This document shows, piece after piece, positions 9,082 through 18,310 of a stretch of DNA of 64,000 nucleotides. The DNA is from an archaeon. Lineage in GTDB: Archaea; Iainarchaeota; Iainarchaeia; Iainarchaeales; Iainarchaeaceae. How positions within the stretch are numbered: position 1 is the stretch's first letter; each line of letters starts with the position of its first letter. A program made the translations under genes and the position numbers. A model generated the notes under the pieces. The model was not told the origin of the DNA and did not search any database. It worked only from the letters and a program-made list of their open reading frames with translations. The stretch covers positions 8,993-72,992 of the forward strand of contig JBBSVV010000003.1 in NCBI GenBank assembly GCA_038046625.1, given 5' to 3'.

Positions 9082-9336
9082 ATGGCAAAGACAGTGCTTT
9101 CATCGAAGGGGCAGCTTATTCTTCCTGCGGAATTCAGGGAAAGACGCAAAGTGCTGCCTGGAACTGAGTTTTCGGTTCAGGAACTGCCGGGCGGCGGGTA
9201 CATGTTTATTCCCATTCCAAAGGACCCTATAAAGGCCCTCAGGGGAATTGCAAAACACTTGGATATTTCTTCAAGCGATATAAAAAAGATGAGGCGGGAA
9301 GATGATAGGCGAAGAGAGAAAAAGCTTGGTTTTTGA
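9082..9336 (+). CDS. AbrB/MazE/SpoVT-type antitoxin
   Basis: LSSKGQLILPAEFR swapped-hairpin motif. Confidence 0.9.
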   Translation: MAKTVLSSKGQLILPAEFRERRKVLPGTEFSVQELPGGGYMFIPIPKDPIKALRGIAKHLDISSSDIKKMRREDDRRREKKLGF

Positions 9337-9700
9337 CACATCGGCCATGATAAAGTATGCCAAGGATGAAGAGGGTAGCGCCAAGGTAGGCGAGTTATTC
9401 AAAAAGCATGAGTGCATTGCCAGTTCCATAAGCGCGTTTGAGATAGTCCATAAGATGGGGAGGGAAGACATAAGGGCTGCACTCTTATCAATCGCCTTTT
9501 TCGAGGAATTCTTCATTTTCATCTCTCCTGATTATGGGTTGGCAAAGAGGGCGGCTATTCTAAAATTGAAATATCCTCAGGCAAACCTTTCAATGGCGGA
9601 CGCGATAATAATTCAAACCGCAGCAGAAAGAAATGCCCGCATTGTCACGTGCGACAAAGAATGGAGAGTTGTAAAAGAGGCAGAAATAGAAATAATCTGA
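9302..9700 (+). CDS. vapC: PIN-domain VapC toxin
   Basis: VFDTSA, SAFEI, LSMADAII, IVTCD. Confidence 0.92.
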   Translation: MIGEERKSLVFDTSAMIKYAKDEEGSAKVGELFKKHECIASSISAFEIVHKMGREDIRAALLSIAFFEEFFIFISPDYGLAKRAAILKLKYPQANLSMADAIIIQTAAERNARIVTCDKEWRVVKEAEIEII

Positions 9701-9723
9701 CTTGGTTTTTTTGGTGTGTTGAA

Positions 9724-9837
9724 ATGATTTGCCCGAAGTGCGGTTCAAGCGAGATGGAGAAGATGCTCACAAAGGGAATCCAGTTCCGCTGCAGGGTCTG
9801 CGGTTACAGGGGCCCGATGAGTGGTGATTTTTCGTGA
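9724..9837 (+). CDS. Small zinc-ribbon protein (37 aa)
   Basis: MICPKCGS...FRCRVCGYRGP, two CxxC pairs. Confidence 0.7.
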   Translation: MICPKCGSSEMEKMLTKGIQFRCRVCGYRGPMSGDFS

Positions 9838-10028
9838 AGCGGGATTCAAAGAAGATTGTGAAGTTCTGTTCCCGCTGCGGCTCAACGGATTTGAAGCCGC
9901 TTTATTTCATGGAAGCAATCGACAATAGAATGCAGTGCATGGGCTGCAATGTGATTGAATTCCCTGTTGAGGGCACTGAAAAGTTTCGGAAAGAATTTTT
10001 GGAGGGAAGTAAAAATGCCGGCAAATAA
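9834..10028 (+). CDS. Small zinc-ribbon protein
   Basis: FCSRCGS...QCMGC; GTGA overlap with the previous ORF; GGTGA RBS. Confidence 0.7.
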   Translation: MKRDSKKIVKFCSRCGSTDLKPLYFMEAIDNRMQCMGCNVIEFPVEGTEKFRKEFLEGSKNAGK

Positions 10029-13000
10029 CGAGGAAATCGGCACGGTAATAAGCAGCATGGATGGCCCTTCGCCGAGCGCATTGGATGTTGTTATTTATTC
10101 CGGAAAATTGCACCGCGGCCAGTTCGTTGAATTGGATTACAGTGAAGGAACCCTGGTTGCGCTTGTAACCGATGTAGTGAAAACAAACAGGTATTTTGAG
10201 CGCGTTGAATCCGTGAAGGAGTTCGAGCGTTCCGGCACGAAATTGTTCGAGCAGTTTCCTACTGCGGAGTGGGAATACCTTGTTGCAAAAACAAGGCCGC
10301 TTGGAGTTTATGATAAGGGCTTGATTAAGCGCTCGACTTTTCCGCCTTCACCGGGCACAAAGGTTCGGGTTGCGGAGAAGGAAACGCTTGAAAAGTTTTT
10401 GGGCCTTGACCTTGAAAAGGGTTTGATGCTTGGGGAAATCGAGCACCACGGGGTTTTTGTGAAATTAAATCTCTCCCGCCTTTTCCAGAAGCATCTTGCG
10501 ATTCTCGCAATGAGCGGCGCCGGGAAAAGCTATTTGGTTTCTGTTTTGCTCGAGGAATTGTTGGAGAGGAAGAAGGAGGATGGGCGCCTCGCTGTGATTG
10601 TGATGGACGCGCACGGCGAATACCGTTCTTTTGCCGAGCCTGTTCCCGACAAGAAGCACAGCGATTTTTCCTCAAAATCCAGGTTTGTGCGCGCCTCGGA
10701 AATCCAGATTGGTGTCCCAAAGCTTTCAATCGGTTTGCTTGCCGCGCTGATTCCTGGCCTTTCGGCGCCGCAGAAGCGTGACCTCGCAAGGGTTATTGAA
10801 AGATTGCGCAAGGAAATGAAAGATGGCCTCGGGCCCTTTGACTTCAATGCGGTAAAGGCGGAGATTATGAAGGATTCTGAAATGAAGGAAGTAACAAAGA
10901 TGTCTCTAATTGGGTGGATAATGTCCCTCGAGCAGCTTCACTTGTTTGGCAAGACTGATGCGCCCGGAATCAGCGATTTGGTGAAGCCGGGGCAGCTTAC
11001 AATAATTGATTTGAGCGACGTGATTGACCTTAAGAAGAAGCAGATTATTGTCGCGTATTATGCGCGCAAACTTTTTGATGAGAGGCGCGCAAAGCGTGTT
11101 CCTCCTTTCAGTATTGTTGTCGAGGAAGCGCATCAGTTCGCACCAGAAAGGGTTTCAAAAGAAGGTTCCATCAGCAAGCACGTGATTGAAACCATTGCCA
11201 GAGAAGGAAGGAAGTTCGGTGCGAGCATCTGTCTGATTTCGCAGAGGCCGGTTAACCTTTCAACTACGGCTTTGAGCCAGTGTGTTTCACCAGAAACTCA
11301 AGTGATTCTTTCAGACGGGCAGGAGTGTGCCATATCAGATTTCGAAAATAATTATTCCAAGACAAAATTAACAAGCTGCGATATTGAGAAAGGCAAATTG
11401 GAAGGGGCATATATTTCGCATTATCAAAAAAATAATCCAAAGCAACAGGGGAAAAAATGCTTTGAAATAACTACTGTCGCAGGAAGACAATTAAAATGTA
11501 CAGGCGACCACCCAATTTGGACAAAGGGAAAAGGATGGGTTAATGCGGCGGATTTAACTTTCAGCGATAAGGTGGCTATATTGCCGACAATTAAATCATA
11601 TCCAGGGACTCCTGTTCTTGAAATATCTTCTGACTGCCTATCAGGTCTACTGCCTTCAACAATTAACAAGCAAAGATTGTTTGAAGAATTACAAGAAAAA
11701 GGTTTAATAGATAAAGAAATAGAACCTCAAAAGATATTGGCTTTGGCGAGGCTCATCGGCCATATTTTTGGCGACGGTTCCCTGCATCCGCCTTACAAAA
11801 ACAAACAGGGGCAGCATTCGCTGCGAATTACATTTTCAGGTTCGGAAGAAGATTTGCAGGAAATAAAAAACGATTTGGCATTTCTAGGCTTTAAGTCTGA
11901 TCAAAAAATAAGCAGGCAAGTCAAAACTTCATATTCAAACTTTGTAAATTTTGGAAAAAGAAAAATTCACGGAACCTCAATATGTTTCAAAACTGGCATT
12001 GTAGGGCTTTGGGCTATTTTAAGATTTTTGGGAGCTCCATTAGGGGATAAATCAAACACTAAAGTTTGTATGCCTAAGTGGATTTTAGATTCTCATATTT
12101 CCGTCAAAAGGGAATTCCTCTCATCTTTGTGCGGAAGCGAATGTTCTGCGATAAGGTGGGACGGAAAATATCCTGATAGGCCTATTCTCCCATTTTCCAA
12201 GGTTGAATCGTTAAGCGGGAGCGGGCATTTGTATGCAAATAGTCTTATTTCTATGTTTCAAGATTTTGGAGTCAAGTCAAACTTATATGTAAGAGATTAT
12301 GTGTGGAGAAAAGATGGCGCAAAAAGTCTGCAATTTATTATTTCGATAAATAGGTCGCGAAATAATTTGATTAATTTCTTGTCAAATGTTAACTATCGTT
12401 ATGCTGTTAAAAAAAGAAGTGCGGGTTTGCATGTCTTAGAATATTTAAAATGGCTCAACATAAAACTTAATCAGAAAACAGGGCTGTTCAGCGAAGTAAA
12501 TAAATCTGTCGGCGAAGTTGGTTCCAAGCAAACTTCATTGATTTATAAAATGCATAAGAAAGTTGTTGAAAACTGGGCAAGTATGGGTGTTGAAAAGTTA
12601 CGACTCGCCCCGGCAGATAAAATACCCGCTTATTCGTATTGGATAAAAGAAAAAACAGAGTCTCTTTCGGCTGGTTTAATTTGGGACGATGTAGAATATA
12701 TTGAGCCCATTGTGCTTTCTGACGTAAGAGATATAACTGTTCCAAATCATCATTGTTTTTTTGCTAACGGATTTTTGACCCATAACTGCAACACCCACAT
12801 TATTCTCCGTGTTACTAATCCTTATGATTTGGACCACATCAAGCAGACCAGCGAGGGCATTGACCAAAGGACTGTTGACATGATTACTTCTCTCAGAACA
12901 GGCGAAGCCATAATTGTGGGCGAAGCCGTGAATTATCCCGTGTTTTTCAAGGTGCGCAAAAAAACCGTGCAGGATTCGCGGCACGAAAAGTCCCTCGAGG

Positions 13001-13065
13001 CTTCCGCTCTGGAGTTTGAGGAGAACCGCGAGGAAAGGACAAAAGAACTTGATGATTTGCTGTGA
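10015..13065 (+). CDS. herA: HerA helicase/translocase containing an intein
   Basis: HAS barrel N-terminus, AMSGAGKS, DAHGEY, VEEAHQF, AREGRKFG, SQRP. Confidence 0.93.
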   Translation: MPANNEEIGTVISSMDGPSPSALDVVIYSGKLHRGQFVELDYSEGTLVALVTDVVKTNRYFERVESVKEFERSGTKLFEQFPTAEWEYLVAKTRPLGVYDKGLIKRSTFPPSPGTKVRVAEKETLEKFLGLDLEKGLMLGEIEHHGVFVKLNLSRLFQKHLAILAMSGAGKSYLVSVLLEELLERKKEDGRLAVIVMDAHGEYRSFAEPVPDKKHSDFSSKSRFVRASEIQIGVPKLSIGLLAALIPGLSAPQKRDLARVIERLRKEMKDGLGPFDFNAVKAEIMKDSEMKEVTKMSLIGWIMSLEQLHLFGKTDAPGISDLVKPGQLTIIDLSDVIDLKKKQIIVAYYARKLFDERRAKRVPPFSIVVEEAHQFAPERVSKEGSISKHVIETIAREGRKFGASICLISQRPVNLSTTALSQCVSPETQVILSDGQECAISDFENNYSKTKLTSCDIEKGKLEGAYISHYQKNNPKQQGKKCFEITTVAGRQLKCTGDHPIWTKGKGWVNAADLTFSDKVAILPTIKSYPGTPVLEISSDCLSGLLPSTINKQRLFEELQEKGLIDKEIEPQKILALARLIGHIFGDGSLHPPYKNKQGQHSLRITFSGSEEDLQEIKNDLAFLGFKSDQKISRQVKTSYSNFVNFGKRKIHGTSICFKTGIVGLWAILRFLGAPLGDKSNTKVCMPKWILDSHISVKREFLSSLCGSECSAIRWDGKYPDRPILPFSKVESLSGSGHLYANSLISMFQDFGVKSNLYVRDYVWRKDGAKSLQFIISINRSRNNLINFLSNVNYRYAVKKRSAGLHVLEYLKWLNIKLNQKTGLFSEVNKSVGEVGSKQTSLIYKMHKKVVENWASMGVEKLRLAPADKIPAYSYWIKEKTESLSAGLIWDDVEYIEPIVLSDVRDITVPNHHCFFANGFLTHNCNTHIILRVTNPYDLDHIKQTSEGIDQRTVDMITSLRTGEAIIVGEAVNYPVFFKVRKKTVQDSRHEKSLEASALEFEENREERTKELDDLL
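11281..12786 (+). mobile_element. Intein with LAGLIDADG endonuclease in HerA (502 aa)
   Basis: Starts CVSPET, block B TGDHP, LIGHIFGDG, ends GFLTHN before a +1 Cys; removal restores ALSQ/CNTHII; AT-richer DNA. Confidence 0.95.
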
Positions 13066-13215
13066 TCATCGTTCTGAAGTTTTCTGCCCGGACTTTTTTG
13101 CTGCATAAAATTTATTCATGAATTGAGTTTGTGTGCAACCTGTTGTCCTTCAGCTCCGCACCGGCAATGTGCCCCCCTTCAAAATCGCTTTTAAAGCCGG
13201 AATCCAAACTCCTGT

Positions 13216-14715
13216 ATGCTCCCAATTGGAAAGACTTTCCTGTCCCGCATCACTTACCTTTCGGAAAAGAGGCAGGTTGTTGCGGAGTTCTCGAATTCCT
13301 CGGAAAAAATTTCCAAGCGTTACTCTTTCTTTCCCCGTATGCATTTCCCGATGGAGGGGATTTCACAGGGTTCGCTGAAGGAGGTTTTGTCGCTTTATGA
13401 TTCCAGGCGCTTCAAGGTTGATTTTGAGGAAAACCGTGCCGTGATTTTTGCCGCCACGTTTTCCGACCTGAAAAAAATAAATAATTTGCTTTCGGATTCC
13501 CTGGGCTTTTCCTCGAACCTCATTGAGCCTGAGAGGCAGTTTCTCATTGACAGGGGCTGGAGCTACTTTGATTCTTTCACTTTTTCTGCGGATGAGCCGC
13601 AGAGGGTTTCATCGCTTGATTTTCCTGATGTGGCGCTCGGCTTTCTCTCCGATTCCCTGCCCATGACGATGCGTGACCTCATTTCATCCAACAGGCAGCT
13701 GGCCAGGGAAATCGCGGGCCGCGTTTCCATGTCGAGGGTACTGCGTATCCCCCTATTGTCTTCGGAAATGCACAGGGCCGCTCCGGAGGTTTTTCTGGAG
13801 AATGTTTTTTTCGCTTCAAAAATGCCTGTCCCCATTTCTCCGGAAAAAAAGCAAAGCATTCCGTTGAGGGTTCCGCATAAGACGGAAATAGATTTTTCCG
13901 CGGTTACGCCGCTGCTCTTGTGCAGGCCGTTCTCGAATGCAGGCCCGGAGACAGTGAACTGTGCCTGCTGCAGGCCGGCTTCGCTGAATGATTTCAATGT
14001 CCTTGCGGATACAATTGTGAAGGCGCGTTTTTTGCGCGAGGGCGCGTATTTCAATTCCGCGTCTTCTTTTTGGGCGGAGCAGTTCCACGTTTCAGGCCGG
14101 GACAAGGATGCCAGGTCAAGGAGGCGCGCCGAGTATAATTACCAGTTTTTTCCCGTGGGGCCTTTTTCGCGGAATGAAACGGCGGAAATTCTTTTGGCGG
14201 ATGCCGTTGAGCTGCAGGGGCAGGGCATTGCCGAAATTCTCGGCGTAACGGGGTGGAGCTGGTTTTGTTCACAGAAGGAAAGCGCATTTTCAAGGGAAAC
14301 GAATGCCCTGCGCGAAACCATTTCTTCCCTTGAATCTTCCCTGGATAAGGAGCATACTTCCGTTGTTGCATCAAATGGCCTGTTTTTTTCGCAGGCGCTC
14401 GAGGCGCGGCTGGATTATTTTTATAGGAAGATTTTCCTCGAAACCGCTTCCTCGATTTTGTGTTCGGTTTCCGGCGTGCTTTCCGACAGGTCTTCGGGCT
14501 TTTTCTCCCCAAAAATAGCTGTTCTGCTGGAAGTTGCTTCTTTCCGCATCCTCAAAGGTTTTGAGGAAATATGCTCCTCGAACGGCATTGCAAGGGTTTC
14601 CACGGGACCTTCAAAAGCCTTTGTGGACTCTTCCTCGGTTACGCGCATTTTGAAGGATTTTTCCGAGGCATACAAGTTGAATAGGCCGTTTGTAAGGCTC
14701 AAAACCCGTTTTTAA
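13216..14715 (+). CDS. Degenerate family B DNA polymerase (PolB2-like, probably inactive)
   Basis: EIDFSAVTP...NAGPETVNCACC resembles the PolB2 motif A region (DFxSLYP...NISPETxNCxCC); no YxDTD motif. Confidence 0.7.
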   Translation: MLPIGKTFLSRITYLSEKRQVVAEFSNSSEKISKRYSFFPRMHFPMEGISQGSLKEVLSLYDSRRFKVDFEENRAVIFAATFSDLKKINNLLSDSLGFSSNLIEPERQFLIDRGWSYFDSFTFSADEPQRVSSLDFPDVALGFLSDSLPMTMRDLISSNRQLAREIAGRVSMSRVLRIPLLSSEMHRAAPEVFLENVFFASKMPVPISPEKKQSIPLRVPHKTEIDFSAVTPLLLCRPFSNAGPETVNCACCRPASLNDFNVLADTIVKARFLREGAYFNSASSFWAEQFHVSGRDKDARSRRRAEYNYQFFPVGPFSRNETAEILLADAVELQGQGIAEILGVTGWSWFCSQKESAFSRETNALRETISSLESSLDKEHTSVVASNGLFFSQALEARLDYFYRKIFLETASSILCSVSGVLSDRSSGFFSPKIAVLLEVASFRILKGFEEICSSNGIARVSTGPSKAFVDSSSVTRILKDFSEAYKLNRPFVRLKTRF

Positions 14716-14726
14716 CAACCCTTTCG

Positions 14727-14776
14727 CGCCGGAAACCGCCGGCGGTAGGGCGACTATCTTCGCTTTGCTCGATAGT
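14727..14776 (+). repeat. Two-hairpin dispersed element, copy E4
   Basis: cgccggaaaccgccggcggtagggcg, actatc-ttc-gc-ttt-gc-tc-gatagt. Confidence 0.85.
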
Positions 14777-14860
14777 AAGGTATTACGCTCGGAACTACCT
14801 TTTTTAATTCTTTGCGTAGGAGTATTGGTAGATTAATAACTCGTTTTTTGAGTGTTTTTG

Positions 14861-15067
14861 ATGGCTAAATTAACCCGTTTTGAAGTGACGCGCCTGATTA
14901 GTGCGAGGGCTTTGCAGCTTTCCTTGGGGGCGCCGGCACTCTCTAAATCAGAAAAAGAAGGGACCCCGATTGATATGGCGCGCGATGAGTTCGCGAAGAA
15001 GGTAATTCCTCTCGCGGTTTTGAGGGAGTTTCCCGACGGGCACGTTGAAAGGGTTGAGGTGAACTGA
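14861..15067 (+). CDS. rpoK: RNA polymerase subunit K (Rpo6)
   Basis: LTRFEVTRLISARALQLSLGAP. Confidence 0.96.
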   Translation: MAKLTRFEVTRLISARALQLSLGAPALSKSEKEGTPIDMARDEFAKKVIPLAVLREFPDGHVERVEVN

Positions 15068-15262
15068 ATGGGCAAGGCCGTTCCGAAGAACATCAAGAGC
15101 AAGGCCAACACCTTGATGAGCACTTACCCTGACAAGGTTTCAAAGGATTTTGAGGCCAACAAGGTTTTCATTGATTCTTTCAAGATGCCTTTGAGCAAGG
15201 AGGAGCGCAATTTGGTTGCGGGCTTCATTGCGAGGACGAAAGCCAAGGCGTCAAGCGCCTGA
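15068..15262 (+). CDS. rps17e: 30S ribosomal protein S17e
   Basis: MGK...DFEANK...SKEERNLVAGFI. Confidence 0.9.
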   Translation: MGKAVPKNIKSKANTLMSTYPDKVSKDFEANKVFIDSFKMPLSKEERNLVAGFIARTKAKASSA

Positions 15263-17296
15263 GATTTTTGTTGTCCCGTCATTTTCTTTTTCCCTTTCAA
15301 GCACGTAAAGCTTTCCTGATGCCGCATTCTCCATTTCCTTGTCATGCGTGATAATGAATATCTGCTCAATGAGTTCGGGCAGATGGTTGCGCATCATTTC
15401 GCTTAACTCGTGCACGGCATTCGAATCCAAATTATGAGTGGGCTCATCCAGCATTATCCATCCAAGGTTCTGCGTGAGGACCAGAGAAACCGCTATCCGG
15501 ATTGTTATGGCCGCGGCAGTCCTTTCACCTCCGGAAAGTATTCCCTCGACGCGTATCCACTCGCCGTTCCTTTGCCTCGCCATTATTTCGTAGCTGCCTT
15601 CATCCACAATTATTTTTGCGCTTGTTAAGTCCTTGTAAGGATAAACTTTTTCCCAGATTTCGTCCATTGCGTCGTTTATCGTTTCTATCATTGCGTTCCT
15701 CAGTTCGGCCTGTGTCGCTTTTAGCGCCTGCGTGAAGAGCGCGAGTTTTTCAACCGCGGTTTCGTTTGCCTTTATTGTTTTTTCGAGTTCTTTTGCCTGT
15801 TCAATGCCGCGCTTCATCATTTCCGCATTGTCGCGCATCTGCTTCAGAAGTTCTGAAGCAGCGCTTATTTCCGAGCTTGCTTTTGCCTTTTTTTCCCTGA
15901 GCAAAGCCATTTCTTCCCTTTGCCTGGCCATTTCCTTTTCGTCAAACCCTGTTTTGCGGATCATTTCCAGTGTTTGTTTGAGTTCCTTTTCGAGCGCGCT
16001 TTTCTGCTTTTCCTTTGCCTCCGCCTCTTTCGCGGCCTCGAAGATTTTTTTTGTTTCCTCGAGCTCCTGCTCGGTTTTCTTTTTGGCTTTTTTGTGCGCG
16101 TCTTTTTCCTTTTCGCGTTCCTCGAGCTCCTTTTCGTTCCTTTCGGTCTCTTCCTGAATTTCCCTTATTTTTGCGGTTATTTCGCGCTTTTGCCCCTCTA
16201 GCTCCTTTTCCAGCTTTTTCTTGTCATGCTCTTCCAGCGGCCTTTTGCACACGGGGCACTCGCTTCCCAGTTTTCCAGTTTCCTTTGCTGCCCTTGCGTT
16301 GGATTCGAGCAGGTTTTTTTGGACCGCGAGCCTCTGCCTTGCCTTGGAAATTTTTTCCATTGTTTCTTTCGCGTTTTTTTCCGCCTTCAGGATTTTTTCC
16401 TCAATTTCCGAGTTTTCCTTCTGCTTTTCGCGCAACTCCTTCTCGGTTGCCTTTTTTTCCCCGATTTGTTTTCCAATCCTTTGGATGTCCTCTTTCAGTG
16501 CTTCCGTTCTGGATTTCGTTTTTATTTCGAGTTCTTTAAGGAGGCGGTGTTCTCTTTCCTTTTTTTCCTGCTCCCCGAATTTTTCATCCTTTTGCTTCAG
16601 CTGCTTTTCGGTTTCCCCGAGCGCAACTTTTTTTTCCATGGCTTCTTTTTCCTTTTCCCGGATTTTTGTCTCGCGTTCCGCGAGCTCCTTTTCCGTGTCG
16701 CGCTTTTTGTGTTCCATGAGGAGGCTTTTCCTGTCTTCCGCCATTTTTTTTATCCGGTTTGCCAAAGTAACCGCGTTGGTGCGAACTTTTTCATAGCGGT
16801 CCAGGCCGAGCAGTTCATCGAATTTTTCCTTTCTTTGCGCGGGGCTCAGCTTCAGGAAGAAGTCTATTTGGTTTTGTTCGGAGTATATTGCGCGGCTGAA
16901 CAAATCGTAGTTCACTTCGAGTATTTCCTCTATTTTTTTGGTCACTTCGCTTGTTTTTGGCCCGGCAATTGTTTTGCCGTTTTCCTTTAGGCTTGCCTCG
17001 TTGATGCCGTTCCTTTTCAGCGTCCTTTCCACAAAGTATTCTTTTTTGTTGTAGTCGAACTCCATTTTCACTACGCTTTTTTCCGCCCTGAACGGCTTTG
17101 CCATTATTGTTTCGTCGAGGCTGACCTTGCGCGCGTTAAGGCTCGGGAAGGTGCCGTAAAGTGCGAAGCATATGGCGTCTGTTACCGAGCTTTTTCCCGC
17201 GCCCATTTTTCCCACTATGACGTTCGTTCCCTTCACGAATTCCAAGTGGTTTTGGTGGTGGGTTTTCCAGTTCTCGAGGTAAATGCTTTTTATCAT
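15251..17296 (-). CDS. rad50: Rad50-like SMC ATPase
   Basis: GKMGAGKSS, CPVC zinc hook, LSGGE, LDEPT, IITHD. Confidence 0.92.
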   Translation of the reverse strand: MIKSIYLENWKTHHQNHLEFVKGTNVIVGKMGAGKSSVTDAICFALYGTFPSLNARKVSLDETIMAKPFRAEKSVVKMEFDYNKKEYFVERTLKRNGINEASLKENGKTIAGPKTSEVTKKIEEILEVNYDLFSRAIYSEQNQIDFFLKLSPAQRKEKFDELLGLDRYEKVRTNAVTLANRIKKMAEDRKSLLMEHKKRDTEKELAERETKIREKEKEAMEKKVALGETEKQLKQKDEKFGEQEKKEREHRLLKELEIKTKSRTEALKEDIQRIGKQIGEKKATEKELREKQKENSEIEEKILKAEKNAKETMEKISKARQRLAVQKNLLESNARAAKETGKLGSECPVCKRPLEEHDKKKLEKELEGQKREITAKIREIQEETERNEKELEEREKEKDAHKKAKKKTEQELEETKKIFEAAKEAEAKEKQKSALEKELKQTLEMIRKTGFDEKEMARQREEMALLREKKAKASSEISAASELLKQMRDNAEMMKRGIEQAKELEKTIKANETAVEKLALFTQALKATQAELRNAMIETINDAMDEIWEKVYPYKDLTSAKIIVDEGSYEIMARQRNGEWIRVEGILSGGERTAAAITIRIAVSLVLTQNLGWIMLDEPTHNLDSNAVHELSEMMRNHLPELIEQIFIITHDKEMENAASGKLYVLEREKENDGTTKISGA

Positions 17297-17404
17297 GCGA
17301 AAGAATTAGGTCTGGAAAAAGTTAAAATGGGAGTCTTGTGCCTTTTTGGGATTTATAGCAGGCCAATAAAATATTTTGGCGATATTTTTGGTCTGCTATC
17401 TAGC

Positions 17405-17453
17405 ACCTGGCAGAGCAAAGCTCTGCCGGGCCTCGTACCCTACGGGTAGAAGG
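17405..17453 (-). repeat. Hairpin module B
   Basis: Reverse complement tacccgtagggtacgaggcc-cg-gcagagc-ttt-gctctgc-cagg, nearly identical to 29296-29345. Confidence 0.8.
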
Positions 17454-17495
17454 AACCACATTAAAATGCCGAAAACTTTCGTGGTTTGCTATAAA

Positions 17496-17759
17496 TCAGA
17501 GCAGCGTCATACCCTCTATTTCCGCGTCCTCTACTTCTTTTAGTTTTTTCACTTCTTCAAGAACGCGGTCAATTGCCTTCTCGTCTTTCGAGTTAACCAG
17601 TATGCCGGCTTTTATTACTTCGACGCCGAAGCCTATTGGTTCGCGTTTCACGTCCTTTACTTCGCCGCTTTTTATGCCCTTTACTGCCTTTACCGTTGCG
17701 TCAAGTTTTTCCAGGTCTTTGGCGTTTATTTTGAGAATTAGAAGCGTTTTGTCCGGCAT
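17496..17759 (-). CDS. ef1b: Translation elongation factor 1-beta
   Basis: REPIGFGV motif, size, and position next to the zinc-ribbon gene. Confidence 0.9.
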   Translation of the reverse strand: MPDKTLLILKINAKDLEKLDATVKAVKGIKSGEVKDVKREPIGFGVEVIKAGILVNSKDEKAIDRVLEEVKKLKEVEDAEIEGMTLL

Positions 17760-17786
17760 CTTATCACGGGCTCAAATTAGGGCTGC

Positions 17787-17942
17787 TTACGGGCCTTCGA
17801 ATCCGCATTCTTTGCACTTGTATACGAGGCTTCTTTTGCGCGCATCCAAGCTGCGGTCTATTTTTGTGCCGCATCCAGGGCACTTGAACTCAATGAAATC
17901 GTCCGTGAGAATTTTGTTGGTTGTAATGCATGTTTTTATCAT
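17787..17942 (-). CDS. Zinc-ribbon protein (DUF1610/HVO_2753-like)
   Basis: Manual ORF MIKTCITTNK...FKCPGCG...YKCKECGFEGP, the usual neighbour of aEF-1beta. Confidence 0.88.
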   Translation of the reverse strand: MIKTCITTNKILTDDFIEFKCPGCGTKIDRSLDARKRSLVYKCKECGFEGP

Positions 17943-18127
17943 TGAAAAAACCTTATTTTTAGCGGCATTATTTGTCTAGTATTCTCTATTGAGTTACCTT
18001 TAAAAAGGTTGATTTCAGCCTTTTTCTTTCTTGCGAGAAAGAAAAACGCTGGCGAAAAAGAAAGAGACGGGGCATATTTTTGGCCATAGAACCTTTAATT
18101 AAGTGTTTTTCACCCATTTTTTTGCAC

Positions 18128-18151
18128 GGGCCCGTAGCTCAGCCAGGATAG
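18128..18151 (+). pseudogene. Orphan tRNA 5' fragment (Arg-like)
   Basis: GGGCCCGTAGCTCAGCCAGGATAG is a canonical archaeal acceptor 5' strand plus D-loop, about 30 nt after a tttaatta TATA box; no anticodon or T arm follows. Confidence 0.8.
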
Positions 18152-18154
18152 CGC

Positions 18155-18306
18155 CCACCTCCGCAATCGAATTTTTTCCTAAGACTCGGATTTTCTCGGC
18201 TTAAACCTTTGCACACTTCAACCCCTGCTTTTGGTGCAAAGGGTTTAATGCCTCCAAAACCCGCAAGACGTCTTTCGGAAAAAATTTCATCATTTAGCGG
18301 AGGTGG
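18155..18306. repeat. Long imperfect palindrome (about 150 bp)
   Basis: Nested pairs ccacctccgc/gcggaggtgg, gaattttttcc/ggaaaaaatttc, ttaaacctttgcac/gtgcaaagggtttaa. Confidence 0.85.
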
Positions 18307-18310
18307 TCAA

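Noticed and set aside
15700..16800. Repetitive AAG/GAA-rich tract
   Set aside because: Explained by the Glu/Lys-rich Rad50 coiled coil
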